NCBI GenBank assembly: GCA_964106645.2
Contig: OZ067043.1
DNA: 64,000 nucleotides
Direction: 5' to 3' (one strand)
From: Podarcis pityusensis
Lineage: Eukaryota
How positions within the stretch are numbered: the stretch's first letter is position 1; each line of letters starts with the position of its first letter. The notes beneath the pieces are model-generated. The model saw nothing but the letters and a program-made list of their open reading frames with translations. It was not told the origin of the DNA and made no database searches. A program made the translations under genes and the position numbers. Of this stretch, positions 39,214-50,325 are shown in pieces.

Positions 39214-39741
39214 TTTTTAAAAAAAATTAATATTTATTGCATTTTAAAGGGTTACAAAAAGAGTTTAAAAACAACATATTTAAGAAATACAAAACATCAC
39301 ATCACGATAATTATCAAAAAAAAAAAGAAACAAGAAAAAAAAGAAGAAAAGAAAAAAGAAAAAATACAATAAATCTTCCCATAACTTATCTTTCATTTGC
39401 TTATTTCCTTGGCCTCCTCACACCTCCCTTTTTTGTATTCTAGTTCAATTAGCTATTTCAGCAAATCCTTTCCATCTTTTCCAGTTTTTGTCCTCTATTC
39501 TATCCTAATATAATGTAACTTTACTTTCCCTCCTTCACCATTTAGCAATCTATTTTTCCTTAATCCTTTATAGCATTTCTGCTAAAACCACATTATTTCA
39601 TTCCAACATCCTTCTAACATTCCTTAATTTTACAATGTTTCTGTAAATAAACTTTAAATTTCTTCCAATCTTCTTCCACCAACTCTTCTCCCTGGTCTCG
39701 GATTCTGCCAGTCATTTCCGCCAATTCCATGTAGTCCATCA
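39214..39741 (-). mobile_element. 5'-truncated L1 LINE with 17-bp TSD
   Basis: Minus strand encodes MDYMELAEMTGRIRDQGEELVEEDWKKFKVYLQKHCKIKEC* (lizard L1 ORF2 C-terminus), then 3' UTR, AATAAA and a short A tail; TSD TGAAGAGCATATCTCCT at 39197-39213 and 39742-39758. Confidence 0.9.
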
Positions 39742-40879
39742 TGAAGAGCATATCTCCTCTTCCCCAAGTCCCCTGTCTCTCCCACACAGAAGCCTTGGGA
39801 GAGGAATTCAGTCTCTCACCACATACTAGGCTTGAACCCTTTCAGAAACAGCACTGGGAAATGTTTCTATCCACTTGAATAAGTCTCCAGATCATGGTGC
39901 AAGCAAACTAAATCCCTTTACCTCTCTTTCCCCCAAGCTCTAAAGAAGATTGAAGAGGGAAGGGATCATTCTAGCATCTTGCACAGGATTCACTTATGAG
40001 TGTCTCCCAGACCAGCATCAGCTATGGAGTCTGCACAACCTGCTTCCTGATTTGGATGAAGAGCTATTTTAGGAGGAGGAGGAGAAATATTAAAAATGAG
40101 TTTTTCCAAAGTCCCATGCTCTTTATGTGCATGTGTGAAGCTGTACAAAACAGCTTCACAAACTCTGTTCCTAGCCTTTTCTAGTCCTCACCTCAGTCCT
40201 CAACTTCAGGGAAGGCAGGTACAGGATATGTGTTTGATGTGTTGCAGATCCAGCTTGTGAAAATCCAGACACAGGCTAAGGATGACCCTCTCCTAACACT
40301 AGTCAGAGCCTGAGGTCCAGACATTCAGTGACATGAGTGAGCACATTTAGACAAGGTTGTTCCATGCCTTCACCAAAATCCACCGTTTAATCCAGCTAAC
40401 TGCTGGGGGGGGGAGTTTCTTCTAAAAGGAGAAGCACTTGAATATGCATGTGTTTGTGTGGTTTAAGCAACATACACATGAATGAGTAAGTTTCTCTGCA
40501 GCATTCCTCCCCAATAGTTTTGAAGAAAGAAGCTGCACTAATGACTGCATGCAGCAAAAAACAAACAAACCCGTATGGTCTGGACTGTATCACTAGCAAT
40601 CAAGCTAAAATGGCCACTGCAGCTCACTTGGCAGGGACTATCATAAGATAGTCTACCCAAAATATTATGGGTCTACCTTTGCCATTGCTGGGTGTGGAAA
40701 GTATGTTGCAGTGAATAGCAGAATGACATAGAAAGACAAAAAGTCAACACAAACACCCAATCATATTCTATCATCCCACCCCCACCCCCGGCAACCCAGT
40801 TTCTTTGTTAACCATAGGAAACAGCTGAAAGGCCTTGAGTCCTCCATTGTAACATGCATAGGAATAGAGCAGCAGTGAT

Positions 40880-41540
40880 AAGAACATGCCCCCTGCCGCT
40901 GCCAGGAAAAAAGAAGCGCTGAATCTTTGCTAAAAAGGGCTGAACGCTGGCAAGAGTGTTCTGTCACTTTTGCGCACAGTAATCCACTGTGCCACTGAGT
41001 CCCATCAGAGGGATTTTGAAAACTTAAATGACTGAAAGCAAAAGAGCACCAGCTCAAGGTTCCCAGCCAGCCCAGACATCCTAATTAGCTTTACACACAC
41101 TCCCACTCGGAGGGGAGAGAGCACACACACAAAAAGGACTGTCACTTTGCTTTTTTCTCTTTCTAAAAGCGTGTCTGCGCTTACTGGCTTTCCCACTGTG
41201 ACACCTCTCACAGTAGTTAATTAGAATCATGTCACCACGTTAATGCGCTCTGACTGGACGCTGACAGACATTCGGCCTGTATCCTGCCCAAACCCCCTCC
41301 TCCCAGGCCAACAGTACCTACGCAAAGCACCTCTCTGCTTCCAAAAACCTCTCCTCACATCCTGGGCAGAAAGGGCCTTGTCTCGTCCACCCGCCTGCCA
41401 GCCCATACTCTCTCCTTGCCAGAAATATCTGCCATATTGCCTCACTCACGGAGCATCCGCTTCACCTGTTTTGAGCTTCCTGACCTTTAGCAGCACTAAT
41501 TCAAAATGACACTGCTCATTTGATGACATTTCTGATGATT
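40880..41540. promoter_or_regulatory. Putative conserved non-coding element (core twin of 45310-45363)
   Basis: CTAATTAG, GTTAATTAG, repeated TGTCA/TGACAG, retained CpGs; TE-free. Confidence 0.55.
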
Positions 41541-42654
41541 TTTATTTTAGTCTCTTTTAATTATTTAACTCTGGAGTCTTTGGCCCTATCCCTTAGGCTG
41601 TGAGACAGTTGGCCCCCTACCATAAATCTGGTCTAGGGCCACACCCCACTCCTGCCCATTCTCTGTAAGTAAGGGGCACCACAGTGAATCAAACGTAGAG
41701 CAAGATGTTCACAACAGACTGATGTGATGTAGTTTGAGAAACCTTAAAACTGAGAACTGGGCCATATCAGTCGCAAGATCTCCCGCTTATGTCAGAAAAC
41801 CATTGCTTGGAAAGCTATCAAGGGAACAGAATTTAGAAAGGCACTTTCTTTTTAAATACAATCAGATTCTGAAGAATCTGAGCAGCTACCAACTTCATCA
41901 TGGCCATGCACACTTCAAGACTGAGCTGCATCTAACAAAGTTCTTCTATTCATTTAAGGACTTCTGCTTGCACAATAGAACTTCCTCTCTCTCTCCTCAC
42001 CTCATGTACCAATCTGCTCTCAAGTTTTCCCCGAACCACCAGGGCAAATTTGAGGAGTGGGGGGCATGCGGGGAAAAGAGAGGGAGGGGAAGTTCCTAGC
42101 ATGAACAGGACAATTTCACTGGATTCAACCATCGAAGAGGATTTTGCTACAGTTTGTCTGGAGCTGCTACCAGGTAACTTATCCATAGAAGCACATGGCA
42201 CACAGGTCTTCAGGCATGCTAAAATTAGTATGTTTTCAGTGCCTTGGTTCTCTCTACCTTGAAGTCAAACAGTATGAAGGAAAGATATCACATTTTTCAA
42301 TTCAATTCAATTCAAAATGCTTTTTTTGGCTATTAGAAAAACTTTGAAATATTTATATCTAAAATTATCAAGGCACACTAAGCACAAAGAAACAAACTAC
42401 TTAGGGCAACAGAATATATTCCAATTCAAATTTTTCCACAGTATCCACATTCACTGTTTGATACCCAAGACAAGTATTAATGAGAAGAGTATATACCCTG
42501 AAATGCAGAGAGGCCAAGAGAGTGCACAGAAACAAGAAAGAACATGCACAGTAAATAAAGTCCAAAGAGACTAAAACAGTGGATGAAGTGAAGCCAGGGC
42601 TCCCTTGCTGAGTGGTATGGAGTTGGTTGTGTGCTGACTGAATCTGTTAACAAA

Positions 42655-43560
42655 TGAATATGCTGTCTCCTAGGTGAGCAGATCCAGGATGTGATGAACA
42701 AGTTGTCAAGTCTTATCAAGTTCACCGATCATTATCCTTTCTTGCTTTTCCCCAAGGGAATGAATTACACCAGAGACAACTATGAACGTATCACATTCGA
42801 CTACAAAACTCTGAGGGGGGAGGTGAAGGACCTTGGGTCTCAGGTGATGTCCTTGTCAATTCTTCCTGTAAAACAGGAATGGGGAATCTCCAACCCACCA
42901 AGCCTCTCCATGTGGCTCCTGACTCTCTCCCCAGGATATGTCCCCTTTCCCCTCACTGACTCACTGCAGTATGTCTCTCAGGAACCACAAGCGCTGAAAA
43001 TCCTGTAGATAAAAGTGCAGACCATTTTCTTCCCCTTGCGCATTGCTGCAATGTGTCTTTAAGCTGTGGTAACAGAAAATATACAAGGGAAGTCCACCTT
43101 CCTGGGCAGAATGTGTCCTTCATTGTGAAAAACATGCTTATGATTTGGCCTTCTGGGATGTTGTGCTCCTATGAGCTTCCCTAACAGTTTGGCCATTGTG
43201 GGGACAGCATAATAGACTATACAGGCCTTTGGTCTGGTCCAACAGGGCTGTTCTTATGCTCCACTAATCACATATTCCTCTTTTGGCTCCACTCCTTCCC
43301 TATTTTAGGTCTGGCCTGATTGCTCGTGTAGCACAGCCCCTGGGAAGGAATTGGTTCTTGGGCTAAAAAAATATTATTTTGGCTGCAAAAGGCAGATGAC
43401 AGAAAGAGTGGGGGGGGGGATGAATACATCAGGTGAATAACTAGCAATGCAAATGCTGTTGAGAAGAAAGGTTGGTTTTTAGGGCCACCAGCTTAATTTT
43501 CCTCAGTAAAGGACAACTGGAAAGTAGCAGGTGAACCTGATCAGGAAGGTTTTAAACTGA
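42655..43560 (+). pseudogene. Degenerate CR1 ORF1 (SGNH esterase-like domain), interrupted
   Basis: 42661-42880 translates to CCLLGEQIQDVMNKLSSLIKFTDHYPFLLF...DYKTLRGEVKDLGSQVMSLSILPV (CR1 ORF1 CCLPGA..DYYPFLL..GAQVVFSSILPV); 43531-43560 gives VNLIRKVLN*, the CR1 ORF1 C-terminus. Confidence 0.85.
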
Positions 43561-43762
43561 AGCCTGAAGTTAAGTACCCCATCCTGGTACCACTACTGAT
43601 GAAGGGACGGCTGCAAATCTTCAATATAAAGTTAAGCATTAGAGAAAGAGATTTAGATATTATAGGAGAAACTGCAGGGGGAGATGGCCAATGTGGGTGT
43701 ATAGCAAAACACACAATAAAACAGCAGGAGACACATTGTAGCAGATTATTTAAGGTTTTTTA

Positions 43763-44180
43763 TGTCTATACACTACTGCACACAGCAGTAGTAGGAAATA
43801 AACAAGATGAGCTTGAACTGCTTGTAAAGCAAGGGAACTACGACAATAGGTATTAATGGGACTTAGTGGGATGGCTCCCATGACTGAGATGTAGCAACTG
43901 AAAGATACAGCTTGTTAAAAGAGGACTGACACAACCAAAAGGGAGGGGGGAGCAGCAGTATGTGTCTGCACCTGCACAGAAAAGAAAGAAAGTGAACAGA
44001 GTGGGTCTATGGGGATTATATGGGTAGAATGAATTGGGAAATTAGCAAAAATAATACAGTGATGAAGTCTGCTACAGACTCCACACCAATGTGATGAGTA
44101 ACACATTACAGATGTTTCAGGAAAGGAGGAATTAGTAGTAATGGGGACCTACCTTGGTATCTGCTGTGGGCAAACTCCGC
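43763..44180 (+). pseudogene. Degenerate CR1 ORF2 endonuclease domain
   Basis: Frameshifted motifs CLYT.A.S, GNKQDELELLVKQGNYD, WDGSHD, GGG.AVCV, VCYR, LVVMG. Confidence 0.88.
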
Positions 44181-44544
44181 TGTTTATTTATTAATTACCA
44201 TTTACACACTGCATGATTGGGGGGGGGGCACCCCAAAGCAGTTTACAAACAGATAAAGCAACAAAACAGAAAATTCACAACCATACCTTAAAACATACAA
44301 AAATTAAAATACTAAAACAGATTTAATTACTTCAACTTTCTAAACATATGGGCGGGCTTGTATAAACAAGAATGTTTATACCAAAAAGAATATGGTGAAG
44401 GCACCTGCTTGATCTCAATAGGCAGGGAGTTCCGAAGTGCAGCTGTTGCCAAACTAAATGATAAGAGTTCTTACAAATGCGGAAGAGGCATTATGTGGTA
44501 GCTGCAGTAGTGCCAATTCCACTGATCAAAGCAGTTGAGTGGAG
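44181..44544 (-). mobile_element. Old L2 3' fragment inserted antisense in the CR1
   Basis: TTTATTTATT tail, CCCCAAAGCAGTTTACA, GAAGGCACCTGCTTGATCTCAATAGGCAGGGAGTTCC (reverse of L2 xNSLP..IRQ.PS). Confidence 0.75.
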
Positions 44545-44873
44545 ATTGTGAGGAGGCATAATAGCAATCTTCAAATATCTAATGGGATGTCACATGTAAC
44601 AAGCTTCTTTTCTCCTGCTCCAGAGGCTAGGACCCAAACTAATGGCTTCAAGTTACAATAAAGGAGATTCTGACTAAACATTAGGAATAACTTTCAGACA
44701 GTAAGAGCTGTTTGGCAGTGGAATGGACACCTATGAATGGTAGTGGGCTCTCCTTCCTTGGAGGTTTCTCAGCAGAGGTTGGATGGCCATCTGTCATGGA
44801 TGATCTAGTTGAGATCATTGCAGGGGTTGGACTAGATGACCCTCAAGGTACCTTACAACTGTACAATCTGTGA
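44545..44873 (+). mobile_element. CR1 ORF2 C-terminus and 3' UTR
   Basis: IAIFKYLMGCH..APEARTQTNGFKLQ..RF.LNIRNNF.TVRAV.QWN..VVGSPSLEV..QRLDGHLS, then GGGGTTGGACTAGATGACCCTC terminus. Confidence 0.9.
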
Positions 44874-45279
44874 GCAGCTCAACAATGAAACTAATTAATC
44901 ATTAAGATCTTCAAGCAGAGGTTGGACTGCAATCTGTTGGGGATGGTTTAAGCTCAGGATTTTCAGAATCAAGGAGGGCATTGGACTAAATGCACTAAGA
45001 AACTAGATTTCTAAGAGGTTGTTCTGGACTACCAAAGGGCAGCCCAATGTACTAGCTTCCAGAACAAAGAACATTGCATGACAAGATATGTCATTCCTAC
45101 AGTAAACAGCCCCAGCTTGCTGGCACACACAGCAAGTGCATGAACACACCCACACAGGCACAATCATACCTGTCCTTTTACATTAGACATGAAAGCCTGC
45201 CTGTGTCTCTCCAAACACAAACTCTATATACAGAATGAGGAGTTTGTAAAGATAAGAGGCTGCACCATGGCAGCTCCCC

Positions 45280-45570
45280 ATGGGGCAGGCGGGTGGCCAG
45301 CTTGGTGGGAGTTAATTAGAATCTTGTCACTAAGTGAATGCGCCCTGCCTGGACTATGACAGATGCTCCCCTCTGACACTGGGGGCCAGGAGACAATCCA
45401 CATCAAGCTACTGCAGGGTGACCCTTTTAACACAAAGAGTAAACTCACTGCACAGCAAGTTGAAGCTCATTAAAACTGTCTACTCTGTGAGCATCCCATT
45501 AACCTCCCTGTTAAAAACACGCAATCCCTCTTCTTCTTCTGCAGGCCTAATTAATGCTCAGGATCAGGAA
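45280..45570. promoter_or_regulatory. Putative conserved non-coding element (core twin of 41215-41268)
   Basis: GTTAATTAG, TGTCA, TGACAG, CTCATTAA, CTAATTAATG; 46/54 identity to 41215-41268. Confidence 0.55.
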
Positions 45571-48500
45571 CAATATAACACCCTAACCTTCCTAGATTTC
45601 CAATCAGTAAATGAAAAGAGAGAGGGGAAGCCAGAAAGATACAGATGCATCACCTGCACTTCACACCATATTGGTGGTTGACCCTTTCAAATAGGTAGGC
45701 TTTCCCATGAGGCTTTCGTGAGTTAAGGGAGATGGCCTGTGCATAGCCAGGGCAGTGTAATCAGGCTGCCATTTGCACTACATGCTTTGGTTGGGCAGCT
45801 TGTAAGGCATCTACACTCGATTTCCAAAATTGCTCTGCATGCTAGGGTATATGTGTGCACACATGCAGTTCTCAATTCCTTCCCACACTCCAAACAGCCC
45901 CATAGTCAGTTCATGGGTGCTAGCTTTTTGATTCATGCAGCAATGAGTAGATTAGGCTACTGCATATGCACTAACTAGGGGTTTGTTGGGAAGGAAGTCA
46001 AGCAGTATAGACAGAAAGGAAGGAAAACAGGTAGTCCTTGGCAAATCATCAGCAGAGTTGTCTAACCAGTGTTCAGCACTTGCCGAGCAATGAAGGCGAA
46101 GAGGCTCCCTCAGATCTCAGCCCACTCTATTGTAGGGTGTGTAAAGCAAAAACAAACAAACAAAACTGCTACTTCATGGCAACTCGGCCTAGAGACCAGC
46201 ATACAACTATAACTGCAGGATCCTTCTTTGACCCTTTACCACAGGAAGGGAAAGCAAAGGAACTCCATGCCACTACAGGGATGCTAAGTAAACCATGCAC
46301 AGCCAGAAGCGATAAAGCTTGAGGTGACTTGTATGGGAGAAGCTGCTCCCCAAGATATGCTAGGCACAAACCATTTGGGCTTTTATAGCCACCACTTTAA
46401 ATCAGGCCTGAAAGATAATTTGCAGCCAAGAAACTGAGGAAGAATTGCCTTAATATATTCTCTGTGCCCATTTCTCAGAAAGCCCACCAAAGAATTCTGT
46501 GCCTGATAAGAGTTTCCAAATCATTGTCAAGGACAGTCCTGTGTAGATTGCACATTACAATACTTTATCTGAAAGGTTACCAAAGAATGGAGCAGACTGA
46601 GGACAGGTATGTTTCCCAGGCTCCCTCAGCCACTGTATCAGAGGAAGAAAGTGAGCGATTGCATCCAGAACATGTGATCCTCTACAACAGACTGCCAACC
46701 ATCACACCTGTTGTCTAGATTCAGTCTAGCATTCATCCAGTCCAGAATGTGCTGCTGCTCCTTGATCCGATGAAGAACAACAGAGCTGAATCTCATCAGA
46801 ATATCCGATTTGAAGTTTGCTTCATCTCTAGTGAGACTACTCTACCTGCCAGTCAACCCCTCTTTCACTGTTTCTGCACCCTATCAGGGCTCCTGGCCTC
46901 CCCAACTGAAGTGCTTGCTTTTGAACTGAAATGTTCTAGACCAAACTCACATGCCATTACACTGTTTATGGCAAGTAACACTTACTAAAGTCACTGTCAA
47001 GCATTCGGAAATCACATATTTTAGGAATATTTTTCTATATAAATGCGCAATGGTTACTGAATAGGTCCAGAGAGAAAAACACGTTACTGTCTTCCAGTAA
47101 TGGAAAATATTTATTAATTTTAAAACTAAACTGACACACATTGTTAGGGTCTACACAAATTGTAAAAGAGCCATGACAAGCTTGAACGAATCACAACTCC
47201 AAAAGCTGCTTTACCATTGGTTGCAAAATGGAGTATGTTTGGGAGAGTAGGGAGACATACTTGGCACAATACTACAGTGAGAAGGAAAACTTCCCTTGTT
47301 AAAATGAGAAGTCAGGCTCGACAACCTTACTCAAGGGCTAACTGCTGGGCTCAGAGCAGATATGGCGCAGTGTTTAACCTCAGCGCTACAACCTCAGATG
47401 GCATGCAAGTGCATCACACCAAAAGCAGCAGCAGTAGCAGCATGTGCTCCCACCTCAAGGCTGTTTAACTGAAATGAAGAAGCAAGAGCCCCTGGAAAGA
47501 AAAGTCAGTCAAGAAGATTGGGGAAAATAAACCACTATTGTGCACTGCTATCCAGCAGGGCAAAGCCAACTAATGACAGTCCGATAAATGTACAAGGTAA
47601 TTAAAGGAAGTGACAGATTATATTCTAGGGATGTTTGTTGCTTTAGTGTGGTAAGAGGAGACACTATAAACACTCCTATAAAACAGAGAGGAGATGAATG
47701 GTTCTAAGGGGTCCCTAGCAACAATGTGAAACAGGTTTTGCATCAGGCTCCCCCTCCAGCCCAATTTGTGGACTTTTCCTACAGCATACATATATTGCTG
47801 AAATGAATTTACACTCAGGCACAGAAGCAAAATTTCAATGCTACATCCTATCAATGAAGCAACCAGATCCATAGTTCAAAAGGAGCTTGCTAATTAAAAG
47901 CTGGTAAGCTTTAAATAATTCATCTCCTTAACTCATATTGATTTGGTAGTTTAGTGGTTAGGATCTTGAAACAATATTAAACAGCTTCCTCCAGGCTCGG
48001 GTGGTGGGTAACTTTCTCACATAAGTCTCTCACCCTAGGAAATGTAAATGCACAGCAGCAAGAAGCAGACAGAGGTGGACACGCCTAGGCAGGGGCAAAG
48101 GAAAGGAGAAATGCAACTAGTTGGATTAAAAGGTCAGACATTTGAAGGGTTTTACATAAAGAACAGGAAACAATGAACAGGTTGTATCAATATCCCTCAA
48201 TCTGAGAGCTTTTCATATTTTCCTGGACTGGCACGACACACAGGTTCCTAAAGAACAAACCCTATAGTAATTCTCCCGCGCGCAGGACAAGGAAGCACAC
48301 AGATATATATTGGCCCATACCAGCTAGGACTGTCACATTAGAGGTTTTAGGACTTTTGGGCAAAAGCTCAGAGAAGTACAGCAAAAGCTGAAGAGAAGTA
48401 CAGTATATACTCTCCTAGATGTATGATAGCAGGACTAACAAACAGCCAGCTCTCCAAAACTTGTTGGATCCAGAAGGTGGGATGATCATGGCTAAAACAC

Positions 48501-49429
48501 ACACACTTGAATAGAAAAATGGATTCTAAAATCAGGGGCCAAGTGAGGGGTGGTTTGGCATGACCTCAGGAAGGACCCTACCATGATGATCTGGCAAAGC
48601 CCCACTATGGGGGAAGGAAGACAAAGGCATCATGTTCACCGTTGCCACTCAAATGCAGCAGCAAGTGTCAAGTGGCTTAGAAACATATATAGAGGTAATG
48701 GATCTGGATGCTAGACTGACAAAAGAGAAACGATATCAAAGTGGAGCATGCTTATTTCTCTACTACCAGCTCCTTTGGGATCCAGCATCCTTTTGTATTC
48801 CAGAGGTAGTGGCAGCCCTAACCTATGTGCTCAAGTTCTTGCCACACCAAAGACAGTGATAAGCTGGTTTCCACAGAAAAGAGAGCCATACATCCTTGGG
48901 AACTGCAGATGAGCCTGCCACTATACACTATTCCACAAACAGAGAAAAATACACCTGGACTGGAGTGAGAGAAGGAAGTCATGTTACTGACCTATCCCAC
49001 TGTGAGGCCTTCCTATGTGCTGTAGGTTCAGGCCTTTGTTCATGTCTAAGAGTCCATTCTTTGGCCAGCTCCCCATGGCAAAGCTGTATGCCTGCAAAAG
49101 AAAGAGGAAAAAGACATTTTAGATAATTGTACAACAAGCGGATGGCTCAGTATCACAAGGCCAGACCCTACTGAAGCATTGTAAAAAGTTGCATAATACC
49201 TTTAGGCCCTCTCTTGCTGATATTTGACAATATGATCTGCCCAGTGCTTTTACTTTGGGCTTTCCATCTCCACATAATTCTGCAAATACAAATTCTTACT
49301 CTATTGTCTCAAGCTTTCCTTCTCTCTCGCAACTTAAATCTGTTTTAGTGCAGATATTGTTGACTTGCTGTCTTAGTTTATTCCAGGTCCCACAACACAA
49401 AATGCCAAGTTCTCCACATTTTCTGCAAA

Positions 49430-49960
49430 CAGAATGTTGAAAATTGAATTAAGCAAATTTTCATTGATCATTTCCACTAATAAATCAATCAGATTTGATT
49501 TGTTGTACATAAACACCATTTACCATCAGCAACATTCCCAATAACTCATTCAGAACTGTGCCACCCACACTGATTAAAGTACTCCAGCCTTAGCAGATGC
49601 CAACAGGAAAGTGGAAAAATATAATGCCAAGCAACAGTCATAGAAAAAAAAAAGCAAATGCATAAAGCAGGTGACGAGGTATGCAAAGATTAAATATGAC
49701 ATTCCCCTAAGCTGCACTGAGTATCCCTCTCAGAACCCTCTGAAATCTTTATCAGTCACTCTTGCATCTTTTCATATTTTTCTTTGCACCATGAGGGTAA
49801 CACACATTTTAAAATTAAACCTCAGAGTCTATCTGACATACCTCCTCTGTCACCTCATTCCTTCTGCTCCAGAGAAAGATGAAAGCCTTTTTCTTATTAA
49901 TTTACAACCATGTGAAATTTTACTAATCAAAATATAATCACGTTAGGTTCTAAAGTCCAT
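49430..49960. promoter_or_regulatory. Putative conserved non-coding element
   Basis: ATAAATCAATCA (overlapping Pbx-Hox sites), TAAACA, many TAAT; TE-free and AT-rich. Confidence 0.45.
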
Positions 49961-50188
49961 TATTAAATTGGGTGGGGAGCTGGGAGAGAGAATTTGCCTG
50001 CTGATGGAAGCCACCTAGAAGAAACCCCAATTATTTGTCTTCCAATAATGAGAACAAGCTTTTGACTCCCGAACCAACTATGACATTGTTAGTCCTAGAT
50101 CCCAAAGGCACCCACAAAGGTTTCTGACTAAACAATGTAACTGATATTCTACCAGTACAAAGGGATTCTGCCTCGGAGCCTCTAAAGC

Positions 50189-50325
50189 CAGCCTTTCTCA
50201 ACCTGATGCCCTCCAAATGTCATGGACTGCAACTCCCACCAGCCCCAGCAAGCATGACCAATGGTCAGGGATTATGGGAGCTGCAGTCCAGTATATCTGA
50301 AGGGCACCAGGCTGAGGAAACTTTG
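50189..50325. mobile_element. Older palindromic hAT MITE
   Basis: CAGCCTTTCTCAACCTGATGCCCTCCA..GGACTGCAACTCCCA ... TGGGAGCTGCAGTCC..GAAGGGCACCAGGCTGAGGAAA. Confidence 0.85.

Noticed and set aside
46640-46840. About 65-codon minus-strand open frame (TRDEANFKSDILMRFSSVVLHRIKEQQHILDW...)
   Set aside because: Bounded by stops, no clear splice sites and no family recognised.
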